Assembly: GCA_904063045.1 (NCBI GenBank)
Contig: CAJFCJ010000058.1
Coordinates: 15,973 to 79,972, forward strand
Source: Dimorphilus gyrociliatus
Taxonomy: Eukaryota; Animalia; Annelida
Length of the DNA: 64,000 bases
Reading direction: 5' to 3'
Below, one piece after another: positions 37,578 to 48,600 of the stretch. The stretch's first letter is position 1, and each line of letters opens with the position of its first letter. Under the pieces are notes generated by a model. That model was not told where the DNA came from, ran no database searches, and saw nothing but the letters and a program-made list of their open reading frames with translations. The position numbers and the translations under genes are program-made.

Positions 37578-38828
37578 TTAATTTAGAGAGATTCCTTTTA
37601 ATGTTCTAAAATTTGGACAGCTTTTTATCAAGTTTATTATCGTAATCACCTGTTTATCATCTAAAGGACATTCTTTGATATTTATTTCCTTTAAAGTATT
37701 TGACAACTTAAAAAGTCCATGCAAAATAATATCCCAACCAGGATTTATTATTGTAGTTTTTTCTAGGTTGATTTCTTCAATACTTGGACAAACTGTCATC
37801 AAATTGCCTATTTCACTACATTGTTGATAATCAAAAGAGCAAAACCTAAAACTAATATGCTTTAAAGTATTGACTGATTTTATCAGACTATTACAAATTG
37901 CTGCCAATCCAAGGGTAGTAAATTTATTCCATCCAAGTTTTATTGTTTCAATTTTGTAACATTTACTCAACAAATATCCAATCCTTAAAAAATTCTCTTC
38001 CTCTAAACAGCAACCCTCAAAATTGATATATTTTAAACAACCTGCTGAATGAAGAAGCATTGAACAAATATTTGAAAAATGAACTGTCATTGAATGATTG
38101 AAACTTAAATCAATTTTCTCTATTTTAGAGCAGTATCTCAAAAGACTTTTTAGATGTACACATTTTTCTTCATTTAAATTACAAAATTTAAATTTTAGGA
38201 CTTTTAAACTACTGGCTGATAAATAGAGTTTTGAGCAAATAAATTGCATTTCATCTGCTTCAATACTAGTGAATGAGAGATTGAATTTGACCAAGTTTGA
38301 ACATTTATCTAATAAATTTCCAATATCTTTCCAATATCTTTTATTATTTTCATGAAAGTGACATTTTCCAAAATTAATATCCATTAAACTGTTGGATGAT
38401 TTCAATAGTCCTTTACAAATTTCAGATAATCCTTGTTGTATATACAAATTGAATTTTAAACTGACTTTTTCTATTCGTGAGCATTCATTTAAAAGATGTC
38501 CAAGAGATTTACAGTCATGTTCACAAATACTACACGATTCAAGGTTAATGTGCTTTAAAATATTTGAAAATCTATATAGATAAGGAAAAATAGATGATGT
38601 TATATTTTCAATCTTTCCAGATCCATTTAGATTAATACTTTCAATACTCCTACAACAGTTCAATAGCTCACAAATCAATGAAATTTGTTCTTTATTTAAA
38701 CTACAATCAATAAATTGAATTTGTTTCAAATGCTGTGATGATTGAGATAGTCCTTGACATATTTCTGTGATACAACAATTAGATGATTTTCTTCCAGATA
38801 GCTTACTACTTTTAATGAAAGAAATCAT
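37578..38828 (-). CDS. LRR-only protein (ribonuclease-inhibitor-type, about seven 57-58-aa units), 416 aa
   Basis: Repeated ICxGLxxSxxxLKxINFxxCxLxExxCxxLxxLLxxCxxIExIxLxxN pattern, the same style as the TRIM-LRR gene. Confidence 0.85.
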   Translation of the reverse strand: MISFIKSSKLSGRKSSNCCITEICQGLSQSSQHLKQIQFIDCSLNKEQISLICELLNCCRSIESINLNGSGKIENITSSIFPYLYRFSNILKHINLESCSICEHDCKSLGHLLNECSRIEKVSLKFNLYIQQGLSEICKGLLKSSNSLMDINFGKCHFHENNKRYWKDIGNLLDKCSNLVKFNLSFTSIEADEMQFICSKLYLSASSLKVLKFKFCNLNEEKCVHLKSLLRYCSKIEKIDLSFNHSMTVHFSNICSMLLHSAGCLKYINFEGCCLEEENFLRIGYLLSKCYKIETIKLGWNKFTTLGLAAICNSLIKSVNTLKHISFRFCSFDYQQCSEIGNLMTVCPSIEEINLEKTTIINPGWDIILHGLFKLSNTLKEINIKECPLDDKQVITIINLIKSCPNFRTLKGISLN

Positions 38829-40752
38829 TTTGTACTGTGACAGGCACTTGTTTATATTTTTATTGTTGTTTGTGATTTGGTCTCTTAGCGATTGGATTAA
38901 AAGCTAAAAGCTTTTTAAAATAGTTGCTATTATATCAAACTGTGTTCCAATTGTAGTGTCCATTAATTTCTTTTCTTTTGGTTAAAGGAAACATTCCACT
39001 TTCGTGTAGATAACACCTATCTATTGCAACTTGAGAGAAGAAGAGAATAGCAGTGAAGACACAGAATAGTCTGACATGTAAATTTTCTAATTCCAGTGAA
39101 AAACAAGATTAGAAGGTTTGGGCAAAGAATTTGGCCATTTACCAAATATCGTGGAACACAAATAAAGTACTTGATATCATATTGATCCAATTTTATGTTA
39201 CGGCATGATATATTAAAAAAGCTTTTTGCAAAGGTAGATAGATCAATATTGAAGTTATGACTTGATAACTAAAAAAAAGTATTTAAATATTTAAATAGTT
39301 TTCCAAAAGTTATTTAACAAATGAATGACATTTTTTCTGCGTCAAAAATGTTAAGCATAGAGAACGCTAGGATTCGCACAGAATCATGCATTTGGATAGT
39401 TTTTGTCCAATGACAAATCATGAGGAGATTTTTCCTCAGAAACAATTATGAAATTAAAAAATTTTCTTGAACAAAAAAAGACAATTGGGAATTGGTCTTT
39501 ATCTAGGGCACTGTTATATTTTTTTTATTAGAATCAATTGCATTATGCCTGATATACTTGTTGTAACAAAAAAAGGTCTGAAATCTTTTATAAGTACAAT
39601 ATGTATTCTTCACAAATAAATACTGTATGATCAGAATAAGGATATATACTTTTTCTCTTCCTTTCTCAATATTATTTTAAAATCAAATATGAATTTGATG
39701 TCGATTTTTAGGACCGGATTCAGCTTGTTTTCCCTCATAAGAAGATATGAAATATCATAGCCTATTTCCAAATGGATTATCAACACATCTCCTTTTAATA
39801 GGTAATGCTGGTTCTGTCACTGTTGTGTTGTTTCAAAATTACTAATTCATTAGCTATATATCTTTTTTGGCTATAAATGTCATTGATAACAATGTCTGCA
39901 AAACAACTTTGGTTACAATGTATCTATCAAAATGGGAGATTATATTTGTACATACAGTCTTAATAAAAAATAATTGTTACAGTGGTAATTGTAAAGGTTG
40001 ATTGCCAAAATTTGTTTATGATCTAGAATAATTCATAAGCTATCAGGTATTTGAACACCACCGCTACCACATTATAATTAAGAGTTGGGGTCTGGCAGAT
40101 TGAATACAGTAACAAAGAGAATGGAATTGTAAATTACAAGAATTTGCAGATTAATCCAAAGTGGACAAAATTTCTCAACATTTTGCATTCATAAAAATTT
40201 CTCCATAACTTGGGTTCACTTAGAAAGAGTCAATTATCAATTTCCAATATATTATTGTTAAATAAACATAATATTCATTATCAATTGTATTCACTTGTGG
40301 CCATATTCTATCATAAAAAACTCGATAGCTTCAGTTAACAATATAAATATTGGGGTCGAACAGGAACTAGATTGTTGAATTTTGACTACTTACTAGTGTA
40401 CATTTATAATTCGTAGAGGTAAGTAATACAGCACTAATTACCTATTTTTAGTGGCTCTATTTTCTATAATAAGTATGAATATCCTATTACAATTTTTGAT
40501 AGGTTTTTGGGTTCAAAAGGTCAGTCTTTAAAACATCTATTTCTATTTTATCTTTAAAAGCTTTAACTAGGTGACACTTGGCCTAAGTTTATTATAGGCA
40601 AGTAAAGGCTTTTCTTCTAATGCACTTTGACGCCTATCCATGTAGCCTTTATATTGGCTTTTGTTTCTCTTCATTCTCATTTTTGTTTATACATAGGTTA
40701 TTAAACATTAAAACTTAATACGTTGGTTACTAAGTTAAATATCTGTAATATA

Positions 40753-41400
40753 CAGTCCCAGACAAAAATATCCATGTATGAAAGAAAAACAAATGTTTTC
40801 GATAAAACAAATCCAACAGTTACTTATTAATCCTGTAGTCTTTGTTAATAAACTGCTAAACTCTTCCTACATACAAATGTTTTACATAATCTTTATTGTT
40901 AATATTAATTTTTTCTACTTCCTCCCATATTTTATCCCATAGATGATTAAGTGTTTGGGAATGATGAATTTCATACACTTTTTGTTTCAAATAACCCAAT
41001 AAATTTTCTACAGGGTTGTGGTCTGATGAGTAAGAAAGCCAACCGATCAAGGACAATTCCATTCGCCTCCAGAGTAACTGATGTTACTGGTGTTACACTG
41101 GCAGTGTGTGGTAGTGCATTATCCCGCTGCCAGATGAAGTCTTCACCAAATTATGCCTCAACATCTGAAAAATTGTTCTCTGAACATATTCAGAGTAATA
41201 TTCTCCAGATAAGTGTCCGAATACTATCATCCCTCCACCAAAAGGAAAGCTTATACCTAGAGAGTCTTGCTCTATCATCTAACTGCCATGTTAGCAGATC
41301 ACCCAGACTATCAAGAAAAAATTACTATAATAATAACTTGGTGCTGAATCCATCCACCTAGCACAGCTATTCTGGTACATCTTGAACATCTGTACCTGGA
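40753..41400 (-). mobile_element. Tc1/mariner transposase remnant
   Basis: FGGGMIVFG, GEDFIWQRDNALPHTA and DHNPVENLLGYLKQKV in shifted frames; TA-CAGTCCCAGACAAAA terminus at 40751-40767. Confidence 0.7.
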
Positions 41401-41422
41401 TGGAAATAAATTTGGTATAATT

Positions 41423-41710
41423 ATGTCGAAAGACATATTTGCTTATATAAAAATCCATTGCCCAAAATTAAAAGTACTCTCTTTTTATGACTGCCCATTG
41501 GATGAGCATTATGGCTTCAATGTTGTCGATGCAATTGGCAGTAATGTTAGCCTGAAAAATTTGAGTTCTTCGATAAAACCATTATGTATGAATAAATTTT
41601 CTGTTGAAACAGCTTCTGACTTACCTTTAAAGCTTCTTATTTTTGCTCCAAATGCCAGAAATTCGTTGTGCACAATCCCGGACGATCAGACCCTTGTTGT
41701 TGATACCTAA
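41423..41710 (+). pseudogene. Isolated fragment of the NLR-type LRR unit
   Basis: IFAYIKIHCPKLKVLSFYDCPLDEHYGFNVVDAIGSNVSLKNL matches the IF..IKENC.NI..LNF.NCGF...IG..IGDAIG repeat of the NLR. Confidence 0.45.
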
Positions 41711-42653
41711 AGCATAAACAACTGAAATTGTATAAAAACTAGGTCATAGGTAGTAACAGTCATTCAGTCCTGAATCAACCTTCTTAGAGAACTGGTCCAG
41801 TATCACTTTAGAACAAGATATTGGAGAAATGGCTGCTTTTTGGTGTTTTACCCTGAACCTAACCCAACAGTCGACGAGAGCAAACGTATGAAGAGATTAA
41901 AAAACACTTATTTCATAATTATTCTCCTCTTTATGGATTTCTGAAGCTTTTTATGATGCTATGTTCATGCTACATTATTTGCCGCTGCACCCATTATCAG
42001 ATTTCACCCTCACTAGATCAATAATGGTTGTTTAGGATGGGTCTGTTAGAAAAGGGCCCACTTTTTGATGTTTTAAAAACTATATGAACTGAAAAATATT
42101 AAAATGAATATTTTCTTAACCCTAGAAATGCCCAAAACCTTACCCTAAACTTTAGCCTATTGGGCCTACTCTCCCCCCAATCCCGTTTAGGATTCCCCAA
42201 TGATGTTAGAGTTATGGAATAGAGTGAAGCTAACAACCTTTCTAACAATATTACTGCTGCTATTCTCATTCTATTAAATGTTGAAACTGTGGATGGACAA
42301 GACTGTACAATTTATGGTCACCTAATTCATCTTAATTTATTTAGAGCATTAACTTTCAACAAATTTCCGATTTTTACTTTAAAAGAATGATTCTGACGGT
42401 CCATTGAATAGTCCCTATGGACTTAATTCAATGCAAGGTGTCACATCTTTGGATATCATCTTCTGTCGACCAAGCCGGCCAGCTAATAAAAATATAGAAA
42501 ACATTTTTATACTTGCCAAGTATTTAGCAGAATATACAATTGTTTTAGTAGTCATGGAAACAAGTATTCTTTTTTTTAGTTAGAAAATTAATTTCTTTGA
42601 TCTATGATATGTGCTTGTTTTGATGGAGAAAAGAGATTAGCGTTTTAATTCCG

Positions 42654-42659
42654 TCTCCC

Positions 42660-42696
<37 letters not shown>
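42654..42696. repeat. (CT)n microsatellite
   Basis: Near-perfect CT run. Confidence 0.95.
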
Positions 42697-42700
<4 letters not shown>

Positions 42701-42999
42701 CGCTCTTTCTTCTTTTATGGAATTGGACAGAAAATACAAAATTCATGTGGTGGCTTTTTTAGGTTAAAGTGTACTCTAGAAATAGTTCGTATATTCTATA
42801 TTTTTAAAAAAACTCATATTTCAATTAAGTAATCAATGATTATATCCTCTCAGGACAATCAATAATTTCTCTCCTTTTGCTTTTAGATTCCTTTTATTTC
42901 TGTCCAACTTGAACACTCTTTTCCTTCTTTCTCCCTTTCTCTTTCTCTCTCTGTCACAAGCATACAACTTGTAGATTGGTAAATGACATATGACATAAC

Positions 43000-44054
43000 A
43001 TGAACAATCAAACAACTATCAATCATACTTTTCATCATCCAATTTCTAATCCTCTACGGTCATTTATAGTTGGAATTCCATTATTTTTCACTTTTATTTC
43101 AACAATTTCAGCTCTAACATTTCTTCCTACTGTTAAAGGTATCCCTAAAGTATCAAAAATGCTGATAATAAATATATCAATAGCTGATTCTTTAACAAAT
43201 GTTTCATCTCTACTGACATCATTTATCACTTCTATAAATGAAAAATTTATCTTCGGATTTGTATATTGCCAAATTATTGGTGTAATCGTATCTACAAGTG
43301 CTTTAAGTTCACTATGGACAATAGCATTGATATCAATTGATCGCTACCTTGCTGTAAATATACCTGGCAGGTGAGTACTTGTATTAATAAAAACAAAAAA
43401 AAGGAAAATTTGTTCTTGTTTTATAGATATAAAAGTATTATAACTTTGAAAAGAATGAAAATTGCAGTTGGTTTTTGTTGGCTAATATTTTGCTGTCAAA
43501 GTTGTTTACCTTTTATAAAAATTGTTAACTTTTACTTTTACAGTTTTCTTGAAAATGAATTAATATGTTCACCACCAATTAAACCAACTATACAGACATT
43601 AATCTATATGATTATTGGGCCGATCTTATCAGCTGGAATTATTTTATTATCATCATTCAAAATTATTTTATGCCTAAGAAAACAAAATTTAAAGATAAAT
43701 TATTCAAATTCAAATTCAAATCAACAGAAAAATATTTCAAAAAGAAATATTAGAGTAATTAAACTTTTAATATTAACATTTACAACTTTTTATGTACTTT
43801 GGATGCCATTTAATGTTTGTGTTATTGGAGCAATTTTTAGTACAGAATTTAGAAAACACACTCAAATATTCAGTTTTATATTTTTGTGGATAGCATCTTT
43901 CAATGGTATGGCCAATACTTTAATATATACATATATATTTCCTGGGTTGAGGGCTAAATTTTTAAACATAATAAACACTATAACATTTAAAAAAGTTATT
44001 AATAGTTTTATAGAAGATGGAAATGAAACATCTACAGTTCATACTATACAATAA
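43000..44054 (+). CDS. Class A GPCR, two exons (43000-43370, 43427-44054)
   Basis: LIINISIADSL (TM2), FVYCQ, SIDRYLAV, YVLWMPF (TM6), NTLIY (TM7). A 56-nt GTGAGT...TATAG intron joins in phase. Confidence 0.87.
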
Positions 44055-45697
44055 AATCCAGATATTTCTTGTTGGCAAGATTCCAAGAATTAATTAACAA
44101 TATATCAATTATTACTATTTTTTTGCCATTATTGTATTGTAAAAGTATACTCTGTTTCAGTAATCCTTATACACAACAAATAAAACAGCTAAAGCTGGAT
44201 TTGCAAAAGAGATAGGATTAACAAAATCATATTATCAAGGTTTTTTTAAGAGACATAGAGAGAAAATTAATGGTCTTAGATCTTTTGATCTTTTTAGTAA
44301 GTTAAAAACTTTCATAATTTATAAAAGAAAGACTACCAAGAAAAGAGAAAAGTGGTAATCATCTTTAATATACTATTTTTATGTTGTATTATTTTTTATA
44401 AAGTAAAATATTTAAATGGTATGATCAATTATTTTGTTTAAAAATCACATGATATTTTGACAATTTACCTCAACATTTTTGCAAAATTTGCACTTTGATT
44501 TCAAGATTAGTTATAACATTTGTTCCACACGTGATTATATTGGTATGACTTATTAGTTAATTAGAATACAGCAACCGTTTGATACGGTTACATACAGTAA
44601 ATTAAATAGTTTTGTAATCGTAGAAGAACCGATCTTCAACACCTTGAACAAATTGAAATTCAATTGAAACTGATCTATATCCTGGATTGAATAGTCCTAA
44701 TTGTAATTCATCTCCAATTTCAATATCGTCTTTTGATAAATTTAAATTGTTGATGCTATTATTTCTATCAATTACTTGACTACCAAATCTTCTTTCTTTT
44801 AAATGTTTACATATTGAAAATAATTCACCTATTTAAAAATATAAGATATTGGTTTAAATTAATAATAAATTATTATTATTTTTAAACACATTTCATATCT
44901 TCGACTTGTAAATCTATCAGTTACAATTGGATGGTTGTGACCTTCATCAAAATCAAATCCTGGTTAATCATCATTTGTAAGCTCTACATACTTTCAGCAA
45001 AGCTGCTAAAGCTGTTTTAATTTCTTTGAGTAATAAAGATTACATCTAATGAACGTCTTATCATTAAATGCAACCCAATTTTTAATAAATTTAAAGAAAA
45101 ATTTATAAAAATTTTCTGTAACTTGCAATGTGACACAAATTTCTTATTTTTATGGTATCTTTTTATTGTTAAAGGCCACTGACTTATCTTGTTTGCTCAA
45201 TAGACTTGATACTAATATGTTTTAGGAAATTCTCGGGCTAAGCACATTTAGTGTTTGTTAAAGATTAAGTGATTAATCTTAAAAAAATTACAATTTTACT
45301 CATAATAATCGATATTCAGTTGTCAAAGAGTTATATGAAAAAAAAGATCATTATGAAATCATAAGCTCTAGAGAAAGAGAAGAGGGACACTGCAAAAAGT
45401 TGGACCAGATTTCTAAACAATGATTCACTATTTACACTCAAGCAGAAAAAATGCATACTTCAACGTTTTGATTGTGATACTGCTGTTTATCAGAAATAAT
45501 TTAATAATTTCTAAATATAAGGAAATTGTTTAATCCTGACAATCAATCATTCTATAACTCATGTGTTAACCAACCAAGACACTCAGTCTTTCAAACAATC
45601 TCTCTTTAAGTAAGTTAAATCATCAAGAAATGGATATAACTAAACTGTAACCTTGTTTTTTCAGCAATAATTTATAATTGTCTTAAATATAAAGATA

Positions 45698-48600
45698 ATG
45701 ATAAATTCTTTATTGAAATATTATGAAAAGAAGATAAAAGATGTTTTAGAAAATGATCAACTATTTAATAAGATATTACAAGAAAGCTTTAACTCAAATT
45801 TTTCTAATTATCATTTTGATGATACTCTACAATTTTTGAACATTTTAGAAAATTTAAAATGTCATGATAAAAAATATTCTGAACTTGGAAACTTGATTAA
45901 AAATACATGGTCGAATATTATTGATGAAAGAAAAATTTATGCTCAAATACATTGGGAAACTTGCCAAAAGTGTCCTCTTAGTTATAATAAAAGTTTTAAT
46001 ATCAGATTTAACGATACAACAACACCAGTTCAACTTTTATCTACAAAATGTGATAACAGTCAAAAAAATGTTGGTATTTATTTTCACATTGAGCAATTCT
46101 TAAGGTTTATAAGGTCCAATTGCCAAAAAATATTGATTTATGGTGATGAAGGTGTTGGTAAAACGTTCTACTCAATGCAGCTCCTCTCCTTATGGTGTCA
46201 TAGTAAAGAAATATTTTTACAAGATTATTTGATTCTATATATAAACCTTGATGAAATTGAAGACACGAACTCTTGTTCATTTCAAGAAATATTATTCAAG
46301 AAAAACTTTGGTAAACATTCAAAAATCTCTTTTGAATTATTTAAATATTTTTTATCTGATGAATGTAAAGAAAAAGAATCATTTGGAAAAATTCTATTAA
46401 TTCTTGATGGAGCTGATCAATTAAAGTGTAAAACATCATCTGAATTTTATAAAATGATATTTTTGGCTAAAACAAAACAACATTTTCCCATAATTGTTTC
46501 ATCAAGACTTTGGAAAGTTAAACATGTCCTGGATACTTACAATAGCACATTTGAATTAAAAGGATTTAATGAAGGACAAATCTTTTTGTTTTTCAAAAAA
46601 TGTCTTCTAGAATCTAATGTTTTCATTCAAAATACTGAAGATATTAACCTAAATTATTTATCACATGAAACTATAAAGCAAAAGGAAAAGGAAGAGTTCA
46701 ATCAACTATCAATTCTCTTAAATAATAGAAATAATCTCTTGTATTGTTGTAAAAATCCTTTAATTGCATATTTGGTATTTGTAATTTGGAAAGAACAGAA
46801 ATATTTTAATATGATTTTCAGTAAATTTGAAATATTTCAAATTATTACAACCCTATTTTTAAAAACTAAAAGGATAAGTAAGGGAAAGTTTTGTCATTAT
46901 TTCAACTATTTAACCCAATTAGCTTTCAATGATGTTTTTCAAATTAAATCAACAATGTGGATAAACTCTAAAGTGGATACTTTAAAAATCTATCAAAAAT
47001 TTCATTGGTTTCTTCTTCCTCCTTCCAATAATAAATCAGCTATGAACATTGAATTTTCTCATAGACAATTTAAGGAATATTTTGCAGCAAAGTTTATTGT
47101 TGATGCTTATCTTTACAATAATCATTCTATAAATTATAAAAAAATTCAACTCATTGAATCAACGATTGGCAATACGGAAAATTTGTTAATTTTTACAAAT
47201 GTTTTCTCATTTGTCCTTGGCATTGATTGTGATGTTTTTACAAAATTATTAGCCATTAGACACGATATTTTATCTACTGTTGACATAAATAAAAAGCTTT
47301 ATAACTATATAATGGATAACTCTACTACTGCAATTGAATTATCTGAAATGAGACTACCAATAGAAATTTGGAAGTTAATTCTATATTACTCGAAAAAAGA
47401 TATCAAAAAGATTAAGTTAACAGATGTAAAAGTCGATGTTTCAAGTTTTCTTGAAATTGCTGGACAATTTCTAACAAATTCTCTGTCAATACTGGAAATA
47501 TATGATTTTGATATTCATTCTTCATCAATAGAACAACTCTTTGAAACGATTATGGAAAAATTTACAAATTTACAAATTTTAAAGATAAAAAATAACAATT
47601 TTCAAAATTCAAAAAAACACATTCAATTGAATATTAAATCAAATAGTTTACAAGAGTTCTATCTAAAAAATTGCAATTTACAATTGACTAAACTGGCAAT
47701 TAATTGTTCAAATCTAAGAATATGTAAACTGGTAAAAGTTTGCACATTTTTGAATTCTTCTAATTTTAACTTTGTACAATTTATTGGAAATCATTTTTTA
47801 AAATTACAAGAATTAAATATTTCTGGAATTTCTTTAAAAAAAGATATTGGAAATTTTTTTTTTAAAATATTGAATACATTTTCAATATCATTAACATCAT
47901 TAAAATGTAATAATTGTGATATTATTGCACAGTCTCATCATGTAGCAATGTTTATGAGTAAATATGACAAGTTAATTACATTTGAAATGAAGGGAAATGA
48001 ATTAATTGGAATAAATCTAGATGACTTTTTCAAAAGTGTTATGTCTGCTAAGAATCTAAAACAATTAAAATTACCACTGTTCAACTACTCGAATCAAAAT
48101 GCTATAAATGTTTGTAAATCAAATAATACTAATAATGATCTCGAGAAGGTAAAGATTGATTTGATATTACTGGATATTGGTGGAAATTCTCTGGATAATA
48201 TCTTAACATATATTTTCATTAAAAAAGTAATTACAGCTTCGATTAGTTTAAATGAAATTATTCTGGATAATATAAATTCAAAATTCAATCAAATGCCATT
48301 TTTGATCACACTATTCAATGAAATCAATTTCTCAAAACACTCTAATCTGAATTTTCTATGCAAAACTTCTCTTGAATCTACTCATTCAATGTTTTTAAAT
48401 AGTTTTTCTAAAAAATTCTTAAAGAAAGAATTTAAATTTCACTGTTCAAATTATAATTTGAAAACAAAAGCCTTCAATGATATATTTTTCCAAAAAAAAG
48501 GAGGATTTCTATATGAAACTCAAGAGAGACTTTTAAAACATCTGAACAATCATAGTTATTCTAACCTATTTACAAATGTTTACCTTAAAAACTGTCAATT

